Virus record (IMG/VR): IMGVR_UViG_3300047557_001894
Location: 1-54,092 of that record
Length of the DNA stretch: 54,092 nt
Source of the DNA: a virus
Taxonomy: Duplodnaviria; Caudoviricetes
Reading direction: 5' to 3' (one strand)
Of the stretch, positions 15,640 to 23,181 are shown in pieces. Made by a program: the position numbers and the translations under genes. The notes beneath the pieces are model-generated. The model saw only the letters and a program-made list of their open reading frames with translations, was not told where the DNA came from and did no database searches. Within the stretch, counting starts at the first letter, position 1. Each line of letters begins with the position of its first letter.

Positions 15640-17085
15640 ATGTGGCTGGAGTACCGCAACGCGGACACGCGCGCCGTCCGCATGACCGACGAAGAGGCCG
15701 CCTGGCTGCACAACTTCCTTGTGCTGCCCGACAAGGCTGGACACTTCGGACCGCAAGCGCGGACGGTCACGCTCTACGACCTACGCACGCAGACCTTCCC
15801 GTCTGGGCTGCTCCCCCTGGTGGTCGAGCAAGGCCGCAAGGAAGGCTACGAGATCGAGGTCCGCGACCTACGTGGCGTGAAGCCGATTCACGACACGAAC
15901 GCAGACCTCGATTGGCTCTACGACCACCAGCAGGAAGCGGTGGAGCTGATCTTCGAGAAGGAGCGCGGGATCATCTGCGCGCCAACCGGATCAGGCAAAG
16001 GCGAGGTGATGTGCGCGCTCGCGCGCCTCTATCCGAAGGCGCACATCGTCTACCTCGTGGACCGCAAAGACCTGGTGGACAACATCGTCAAGCGCTTGAG
16101 GGAGCGTGTCAGCGAGAAGGTCGGGCAGGTTGGCGACAACGTGCGCGACATTCAACGCCTGACGGTCTGCAACGCACACAGCCTCCGCAAGCCGATCAAG
16201 ACCGGATCGCTCGGGTGGTTCTTCACCCGTACGACCATCTTGGTGATCGACGAAGTACACACCGCGGGCGGCGCCACGATGTACTTGGCTGCGCAAGCGT
16301 TCAAGAACGCGCGCATCCGAGTCGGGTTCTCCGCGACGCCGTTCGATCGTGCAGACGACCGCTCGCTGATGGTGGCCGGATGCACCGGGGAGATCATCCA
16401 CCACGTCCAGTTCGAGCAAATGGTGGACACGGGCGTGATCGCGAAGCCCGTTGTCCGCGCGCACAGGGTGCCCATCAAGCCTGAACGCATCCGGTACACG
16501 AGCAGTCGTGTGGGACTCGGAAAGGCGTGGGCCGAAGGCTACGCGGCGCAGATGCTCTCGCCAGAGCGCATGGCCGCAGTACGCAAGATGGTGCAGCACG
16601 CATCGAAGCCGTGTCTCGTCCTACTCGAATCTATCGACCACGGTGAGGCAGTCGCCAAGGCGCTGACTCTGCACGGGATGCCGTGCGAGTTTGCGAGCGG
16701 GGAGTCTTCCTCGAAGGACCGACGCCGAATGATCGACGAGATCGAGTCTGGCGCACGCGATGTGCTCGTCGCCAACCGCATCTTCAAGACGGGCGTGGAC
16801 ATGCCAGCCATCCGTTCGGTGGTGTCCGTCGGGGCGGGCAAGAGCGTCATCTCCAACATTCAGTCCGTGGGTCGCGGCACGCGGCGCAGGGACAAGGACG
16901 GTAACGTGGTCAAGGACAGCTTCGACTTCCACGACCTAGCCGACCGCGATTGCGGGTGCCGTCACTTGGTCGCGGGTGTTGCGCACTATGACCACACGGC
17001 GTGCAAGTGGTTCGACCAGCACAGTCGTAAGCGCCTCGCGGCTTACCGCCGTGCGGGCTTCGAGATCGTGGAGCATCTGGAATGA
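15640..17085 (+). CDS. Superfamily 2 DNA helicase (UvsW/ResIII-like)
   Basis: APTGSGKG, IDEVH, SAT, GVDMP, QSVGRGTR. Confidence 0.93.
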   Translation: MWLEYRNADTRAVRMTDEEAAWLHNFLVLPDKAGHFGPQARTVTLYDLRTQTFPSGLLPLVVEQGRKEGYEIEVRDLRGVKPIHDTNADLDWLYDHQQEAVELIFEKERGIICAPTGSGKGEVMCALARLYPKAHIVYLVDRKDLVDNIVKRLRERVSEKVGQVGDNVRDIQRLTVCNAHSLRKPIKTGSLGWFFTRTTILVIDEVHTAGGATMYLAAQAFKNARIRVGFSATPFDRADDRSLMVAGCTGEIIHHVQFEQMVDTGVIAKPVVRAHRVPIKPERIRYTSSRVGLGKAWAEGYAAQMLSPERMAAVRKMVQHASKPCLVLLESIDHGEAVAKALTLHGMPCEFASGESSSKDRRRMIDEIESGARDVLVANRIFKTGVDMPAIRSVVSVGAGKSVISNIQSVGRGTRRRDKDGNVVKDSFDFHDLADRDCGCRHLVAGVAHYDHTACKWFDQHSRKRLAAYRRAGFEIVEHLE

Positions 17086-17786
17086 TCGCGGAGGATGAAG
17101 AGGATTTAGACATCCACGGGGGGTCCAGTGGGTACCCCCGAACGTGGGCGGCGGTGGTGCGCGAGCACTCGGACCTACTCCCGCGCTCTCCGGGCCCCTG
17201 GCTCGGAGTGACGACGCCTGGGTGCCCCAACATCACCGAGGCGATGCTCGACGACCTAGAAGGGACTGCGGAGGGGGTGATCCGCACGTTCCAAGGAGCG
17301 TGGATCGCGTTCTACGACGAGAAGCCGCCGCAAGTCGCGATGCGCGTAGCGGCGGCTGCGGTGCCGGTGTTCCACGAGAAGTCCATCTTCCCCGCTGAGT
17401 GGTTCTGGTGGAACTTCCCGATGTTCGAGGAGAAGGTCAAAGCCTGGAACGTGGAGCACGGGCGCGGTGAGCTGCCCAGCCCACGGTGGCTACTCGATCC
17501 GCAGAGGATGCGCCGCCATTACGGTTGGTATGCGCACACTCCGGGTCGGAGACTCGGCGGGCTGACGACCTTCTCGAAGGATGCTGTCGAGTACGAACGA
17601 GCGTACCGACGGCTGCAAGACGAGCTTCGGTCGGGCACGAACATGCCGACCGCGGCGAGGGTTCAGGGAGCGGTTCGGATGCACTTCGGAGGGATGAACG
17701 TCGAGGCGCTCGCTGAAGAGGCGAAGCGCAAAACGGAGGCCCTGCGCGAGAAGGCAGCCGACTGGTGGTTCATCTGGGGCGAATGA
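17082..17786 (+). CDS. Hypothetical protein in the replication block
   Basis: ATGA coupling between the two helicase genes. Confidence 0.7.
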   Translation: MIAEDEEDLDIHGGSSGYPRTWAAVVREHSDLLPRSPGPWLGVTTPGCPNITEAMLDDLEGTAEGVIRTFQGAWIAFYDEKPPQVAMRVAAAAVPVFHEKSIFPAEWFWWNFPMFEEKVKAWNVEHGRGELPSPRWLLDPQRMRRHYGWYAHTPGRRLGGLTTFSKDAVEYERAYRRLQDELRSGTNMPTAARVQGAVRMHFGGMNVEALAEEAKRKTEALREKAADWWFIWGE

Positions 17787-17793
17787 GGAGTTC

Positions 17794-19125
17794 ATGGCTA
17801 AAAAGCCGCTCTCGGTTGATGCGTATGGGCTGACGACGGACTTCGAGAAGCTGATCGCCCTAGCAGGCTCCCAGCGTCCGGGGTTCCTCGGCTCCCTCGG
17901 AAACTTCGACACGGACAGGATCGACCACCCGGCCGCGAAGCTCGTCCTGCGGGCCTGCCTCGCGATCCAGCACGAACACGGCAAGGGCCCCGGCAGTCCG
18001 ATGACTGTCATTCAGCGCTTGCGTAGGTGGGTAGAGGAGGGCGCTGTCTCCGACGCTGAGTTCGAGATGGCGACGGATTTCTTCTACGACATGGCTGGCG
18101 TCCCGATCGACGACGCCGAGATCATGCGTGAGCTCGCCCCGGTGCTGCGGCGGTCGATCCAATCCGAAGCTGTCACGACGGCGATGGATGCCTTCCGCAA
18201 GCGCGAAGACTTCGAGAAGGTCAAGAAGAAGATCGCCGAAGCCGAGCGCGTGGGCATCGTGGACGTGTCCGTAGGGTCGGTGCTCGGCCTGCACAGCTTC
18301 GACGAGATCGAAGCTGTGGGCGCGATGGAGCGCCTGCCCACGGGGATCACCGAGCTCGATATCCTGACCGAGGGAGGGGTGCCCAAGGGGTGCATGCTGG
18401 TCTGGGTGGCCAGCACCTCGGGTGGCAAGAGCCAGTGCCTCAACCACGCGACGGCCACGGCCATGCGAATGCGCAAGCGGTGTGCGGTCGCGACGTTGGA
18501 GCTGCCGCCGCCCAAGTGGCAGGCCCGCGTGATGGCAAACCTAACGGGGGTGCCCTCGAACATGATCCTCTCGGGTGAGGGCAGGAAGCGCGCGGAGCAA
18601 ATCCTCGCGCAGATGCTCCCCGATCTGGGTGGCTTCACGATCAAGCCTTTCCCGCCGCACCAGACCACCTCGCAAGATATCGAGGACTGGCTCGACAACA
18701 TCGAGCAGAAGACGGGAGAGAAGGTCGAGTTCGTAGCCGTCGACTACGGCGACAAGCTCGCGAGCCACAACCAGGCCGAGAATCTGGTGAGCTCCACCTA
18801 CCACGCGATGAACACGGTCTACGAGTCGCTCCGCGTGAACGTCGCGGAGAAGCATGGTCGGTACCTGCACACCGCGAGTCAGAGCAAGCGGCGCGTCTCG
18901 AACGAACGGACCAAGCGGATCGAGAGCGAGGACGTGTCCGACTCGATGAACAAGTCTCGCGTCACGGACATGATGATCTCGGTCGTCATCCAGAAGGACT
19001 GCGAGCCGAAGATGGCGACCTACCACGTCGCCAAGCACCGCACAGGCGAAGACGGCAAGACGACGAGCCCGATCCCGGTGGACCTGGAGTGCTCGCGAAT
19101 GTCCCCCATCATCATCTTGGAGTAG
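17794..19125 (+). CDS. DnaB-like (SF4) replicative helicase
   Basis: LPTGITELD...GG, Walker A ASTSGGKS, TLE, VDYGD, TASQ, KHR. Confidence 0.92.
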   Translation: MAKKPLSVDAYGLTTDFEKLIALAGSQRPGFLGSLGNFDTDRIDHPAAKLVLRACLAIQHEHGKGPGSPMTVIQRLRRWVEEGAVSDAEFEMATDFFYDMAGVPIDDAEIMRELAPVLRRSIQSEAVTTAMDAFRKREDFEKVKKKIAEAERVGIVDVSVGSVLGLHSFDEIEAVGAMERLPTGITELDILTEGGVPKGCMLVWVASTSGGKSQCLNHATATAMRMRKRCAVATLELPPPKWQARVMANLTGVPSNMILSGEGRKRAEQILAQMLPDLGGFTIKPFPPHQTTSQDIEDWLDNIEQKTGEKVEFVAVDYGDKLASHNQAENLVSSTYHAMNTVYESLRVNVAEKHGRYLHTASQSKRRVSNERTKRIESEDVSDSMNKSRVTDMMISVVIQKDCEPKMATYHVAKHRTGEDGKTTSPIPVDLECSRMSPIIILE

Positions 19126-19129
19126 GGCG

Positions 19130-20107
19130 ATGACGCTTCCGACCACAGGCTACAAAAGCGAAACGAAGGGATCGAAGAACCGTCGCTTGGTGCAGGCCGC
19201 ACTCGATGACTCTCGCACCCGTACGCACGGGACAGCAGCTCGTGCTCCGTGCCCTGTGTGCGAGGGGGAGCGCGGCAAGCGTGACGGCAAGCTCGCGCTC
19301 TCGATCAACCTGACGACGACCGCGTACCACTGCCACCGCTGCAAGCTCTCGGGCTACTTGGACCGGGAAGCCGCCGAGCTCGCTGGTAAGGCGAGAGCGG
19401 TCCTGGCGGGTGAGCAGGTCTTGGAGTCAGACATCAACGAATCGCTCAATCACTGGTTCACTGCGACGACCAGCGTTCGTCGGCGGTCCCTCGTGAATGA
19501 CTCTCTACGCGGTTTGTTCCCAGACATCGAGCAGATCGAGTCCAGTCGGCATCTGTCCTTGTCGCACCCCGAGGTAGTGGCTTTCGTGGGGGAAAAGCTG
19601 CACGCGATTGCCTTCCTGATCTGCGGCCCCGAGGAGACGACGATCCCGGCGGTAGCTGGCTTGATCAGAGATCGCCACCAACACACCACGGGCAAGCTCA
19701 AAGGGTGGGTGCTGCGGTCCTTTCAGAACCGCGGTCCCAAGTATCAGAACTGCCCGCTGATGCTGCGGGCAGCATGCTTCTTCAACGAGCAGGCGGTCTA
19801 CAAGCCCACCTCTGAACCGCTGGTTGTGGTGGAGGGGTGCTTCGACGCGCTGTCCCGCTTCCCGAACGGCGTCGCTGTGCTCGGGAGTCTCTCTCAGTGG
19901 CAGCGAGAGCGGCTGCTGCTCGCACCGAGGCCGGTGCTGATCGTTCCTGATGGTGACGCCTGGGAGGCTGGGCGCATGGACGCGATGGAGCTCGCCCACT
20001 ACGGGCAGACCGCGGGCTTTCTGCGGTTGCCCGCTGGGAAAGACCCCGACGAGTTCAGCAACAAGGAATGGTCGGCCATGGTGCGAGAGAAAGCCGAGTG
20101 GTTCTAA
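19130..20107 (+). CDS. DNA primase (Zn finger + TOPRIM)
   Basis: CPVC...HCHRC; VVEGCFDAL; DGD; KDPDE. Confidence 0.9.
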   Translation: MTLPTTGYKSETKGSKNRRLVQAALDDSRTRTHGTAARAPCPVCEGERGKRDGKLALSINLTTTAYHCHRCKLSGYLDREAAELAGKARAVLAGEQVLESDINESLNHWFTATTSVRRRSLVNDSLRGLFPDIEQIESSRHLSLSHPEVVAFVGEKLHAIAFLICGPEETTIPAVAGLIRDRHQHTTGKLKGWVLRSFQNRGPKYQNCPLMLRAACFFNEQAVYKPTSEPLVVVEGCFDALSRFPNGVAVLGSLSQWQRERLLLAPRPVLIVPDGDAWEAGRMDAMELAHYGQTAGFLRLPAGKDPDEFSNKEWSAMVREKAEWF

Positions 20108-20139
20108 GACCCGAAGACGTGGTGCCCGAGGGGCATCCG

Positions 20140-20835
20140 ATGCGCGAGACCTTGAGAGACCGGGAGTGGGTGGACCCGGCAACCTACGGCTACGCGATGC
20201 GCGACCTACGGGGGAAGTGGGGGCGCCTGAGCGCCCTGATCCCCTTCAAGCCCCCGGTCGGCATGAAGCGCACGCAGATGCACTGGCTTTGCCGGTGTGA
20301 GTGCGGCGAGTTCATCATCGTCCAAGGCGACAAGCTGATCGACGGGTACAGGCTCGCCTGTACTGCGCAGTGCTTCGAGCGAGCCGTCACAGAGTTCGCA
20401 GAGCTCACGAGCACGACCTACGAGTACGCGCGCACGGCTCTCATCACGCGGACTCTCTCGCCCGTCGTCGCCCCAGCAAGCTCACGCATTCGCGTGAACA
20501 AGGGCAAGATGTGGCAGCTCCCTCCGGGGCACAGGGAGCCGAACCCTGCGGGGACTGGTAGGCGCATGGGCGAGACCATTCCCGCGCTCATGCGAGCGGT
20601 GGAGATCGCCTGGTCGCTGACCGGGGTACCGGGCGAATGCACCGTGGGAATGCGCGGGAAGGCGTGGAAGCAGCGCCGCAAGACTCGCGACGGGTACGCG
20701 GTGCATTGGCAGTGGCGCGCGCGAGTCACGCGCCTGTCCGACGGTTCCTCGCTGGAGGGCAAGCCCGCGAACACGATCCACGCGGCAATGATCCTGCTGC
20801 TCAAGCAGCTCTCGGAAGACAGGGAGACACGATGA
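20140..20835 (+). CDS. Hypothetical protein with a homing-endonuclease-type GRL...WxCxCxCG module
   Basis: DLRGKWGRL...HWLCRCECG resembles the N-terminus of the 51105 HNH; no HNH core seen. Confidence 0.65.
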   Translation: MRETLRDREWVDPATYGYAMRDLRGKWGRLSALIPFKPPVGMKRTQMHWLCRCECGEFIIVQGDKLIDGYRLACTAQCFERAVTEFAELTSTTYEYARTALITRTLSPVVAPASSRIRVNKGKMWQLPPGHREPNPAGTGRRMGETIPALMRAVEIAWSLTGVPGECTVGMRGKAWKQRRKTRDGYAVHWQWRARVTRLSDGSSLEGKPANTIHAAMILLLKQLSEDRETR

Positions 20836-21167
20836 AACGGCGAGAACCGATGGACGGATGGCACGAGTGGCTCGGAACCTACGTGGCGGGTGCTGCGCAC
20901 GGTGATTTCGCCAACGACCTTCACTTGCTAGAGCACGGCCTCATCCTGACCCTGGTGCGTGAGCCGCAGAACCCGCACGACCCGCAAGCCGTACGCATCG
21001 AGCTGAATGGCAAGAAGGTCGGGTACATCCCGTCCACGCAGGCGCCTGGGATCAACAAGCTGATTCGCTTGGGCTACCCGGTGATCGCGTCGGTGGACGT
21101 GGTGGAGAAGCCCAAGAAGCTCGTGCTCATCGAGCTCGCGATTCGCGCATGGGGAGACGCGCCGTGA
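20832..21167 (+). CDS. HIRAN domain protein
   Basis: YVAG...LTLVREPQNPHDPQAV...KVGYIP. Confidence 0.9.
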   Translation: MKRREPMDGWHEWLGTYVAGAAHGDFANDLHLLEHGLILTLVREPQNPHDPQAVRIELNGKKVGYIPSTQAPGINKLIRLGYPVIASVDVVEKPKKLVLIELAIRAWGDAP

Positions 21168-21616
21168 ACGGGGTTTGGGATGACGACAGCCTGATCTACA
21201 AGCTGAACGATCGAACGTACCGAGTCAGAGACGGGAACGACAGCATTTGGCTGCACAGAACGCACATCGCGATGTCCCTCATGGACAAGTCGAATCCCTC
21301 GGACGACCCCAACATCGAACACATCTGGGGAGCGTTCGATAGGGAGGACGTGCCGATCCCGCAGGCACAGGCATTCGTTGTCGCCAGCCGAGAGAACAAC
21401 TTACAGGACAGAGATGGCATCGGATGGCAAGTCGTCGGTGAGGGTGCGACTGCCGAGGAGGCACGCGAGCTGCTCTCACACACCGGGCCCACTTGCGGTG
21501 TTGATCAGCGTTTGCTGGCCACAGGCAACATCGAGGCTGAAGCCTGGGAAGCGGCCGAGGCGCAAGTCGCCCGTAAGGTGCTCTCGGGAGAGTGGTTCCC
21601 ACAACCCGTCACCTAG
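21164..21616 (+). CDS. Hypothetical protein
   Basis: GGGGAG RBS, GTGA coupling. Confidence 0.7.
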   Translation: MNGVWDDDSLIYKLNDRTYRVRDGNDSIWLHRTHIAMSLMDKSNPSDDPNIEHIWGAFDREDVPIPQAQAFVVASRENNLQDRDGIGWQVVGEGATAEEARELLSHTGPTCGVDQRLLATGNIEAEAWEAAEAQVARKVLSGEWFPQPVT

Positions 21617-21701
21617 TGACGCGGGTTGCGCACAAGTACACGGGGGCGAGGGGGCAACCCACCGTCCCGTGGTTCAGAGAAACGAAAGAGGAGTAGACCC
21701 A

Positions 21702-22325
21702 ATGTTCAAGATCGAAAGCCTGTCCCTGATCGAAAGCGCGCAGCAAGGCGGTTGCCTCAGTCTGGCCATCACCAGCAACAGCAACGAGGGCCTGGAGAAC
21801 CTGCGCACCGTTGTCGCCAACCTGATGCTCTCGAAGCCCGAAGAGCTCATCGACTCGCTGATGGGCCTGCGCGCGGCGGCTAGAGAGAAGTCGGAGAGCA
21901 AGCCCGCTCCCGTGGTCGAGCCGAGGGCTGACCAGGCGGACGAAGAGAAGCCCGCGGTGGCGGCGAAGCGTGGTCCCGGCAGGCCGCCGAAGGCATCGAC
22001 GGCAGCCGAGACGCCGAAGGTCGAACCCAAGGTCGAGCCCAAGGTCGAGCCCAAGGTCGAGCCGCAGGCCGAGCCGCGGGCTGACCCGATGGACGAAGAC
22101 CCGATGGAGCAGGCGGCGGGCAGCGCCTTGCCCGAAGAGATCATGAAGTCGGAGAAGATGCGGCCCATCGTGAACTACCTCGCGGAGACGCTGGGCATGA
22201 CCGACGCCGAGCAGGCCGGGGCGTGGGCGATCAAGCACAAGGACGACGTGCCCTTCTTGAAGGGGCTGCCGAACCCGGTCGAGCGGGTGAAGGTGGCCTT
22301 CAAGATGAAGCTCCAGGGCGGCTGA
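21702..22325 (+). CDS. Hypothetical protein with AT-hook-like motif and PKVE repeats
   Basis: GAGGAG RBS; KRGPGRPPK; (PKVE)x4. Confidence 0.8.
   Translation: MFKIESLSLIESAQQGGCLSLAITSNSNEGLENLRTVVANLMLSKPEELIDSLMGLRAAAREKSESKPAPVVEPRADQADEEKPAVAAKRGPGRPPKASTAAETPKVEPKVEPKVEPKVEPQAEPRADPMDEDPMEQAAGSALPEEIMKSEKMRPIVNYLAETLGMTDAEQAGAWAIKHKDDVPFLKGLPNPVERVKVAFKMKLQGG
22014..22064 (+). repeat. 12-nt coding tandem repeat x4 (CCCAAGGTCGAG)
   Basis: Read directly from the sequence. Confidence 0.9.
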
Positions 22326-22470
22326 GAGCTATGACCCAGCCGCAGGTGGTCTAACGCCCACGCATCCCATGTTGGCTTCGCAGCGTGTGCGGGATGGAGT
22401 AACGGCGGCAGTGCGGGCCTTCGCTCCTTTCCGAAGGTGACTGCATCGTCTGGCCCACGTCACGGGCTTT

Positions 22471-22546
22471 GGGACCGTAGCTCAATTGGTTAGAGCCCCC
22501 GGCTGTGGACCGGGGAGTCAGGGTTCGAGCCCCTGCGGCCCCACCA
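22471..22546 (+). tRNA. tRNA-His (GUG)
   Basis: Acceptor GGGACCG/CGGCCCC (one A-C mismatch); D arm GCTC/GAGC; anticodon stem CCCGG/CCGGG with loop CTGTGGA; T arm CAGGG-TTCGAGC-CCCTG; ends ACCA. Confidence 0.93.
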
Positions 22547-22746
22547 GCACAGGCCCCCTCGCGTCTCCCGCATGGTGCAGGAGCGCCCGTCGTTGACCCT
22601 CTTTCGGGGAGGGCGGGCGCCAGAAGGGCCTCGTCAGCGAGTCGATGCGCTCGCACCTCAACAAGACCAAGTAGCAGGGCGCGGTACAGCCTACGAAACC
22701 GTAGGGCTGCAAGGCAGCCCTACCCTCCATCACAAAGGCCAGGGCA

Positions 22747-23181
22747 ATGAAGAAGTGGAGCGAGATTCGCGAGGGTACTTACGGCATCGAGACTGTCCTG
22801 CTCCGGCGGCTAGCAGACGCAGCCGCCGCCGCTGGCGAGGATGCGTTGGAGCAGAGCATCAAGGTCGACGACCAGACCCAGGTGGCGAAGGAAGTCGCGT
22901 CGGCTCTGCTCGGCGCGCACGGTGAGATGGGCGCCCTCATGGTTGTCGGCGCGATCCTCGCGACGATTCAAGAGTCGTCAGACACCAAGCTCGGTGAGCT
23001 GCTCGGCACCAAGCCGGACGGGACAGTGAACGAGCTGAGCCCCGCGCGGGACTTCGACGCGGCCCACCACGCGACGATGGAAGCCTTGAGCGGCCCCGCG
23101 TTCCACCTCGTGCAGAACATCTGGTCCGTGCTGCTCGTGCATCACCAGGCCAAGGCTGTCGCGGCGATCAGCGAGGAGTGA
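22747..23181 (+). CDS. Hypothetical protein
   Basis: 144 codons, high GC3, coupled to the polymerase gene. Confidence 0.7.
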   Translation: MKKWSEIREGTYGIETVLLRRLADAAAAAGEDALEQSIKVDDQTQVAKEVASALLGAHGEMGALMVVGAILATIQESSDTKLGELLGTKPDGTVNELSPARDFDAAHHATMEALSGPAFHLVQNIWSVLLVHHQAKAVAAISEE

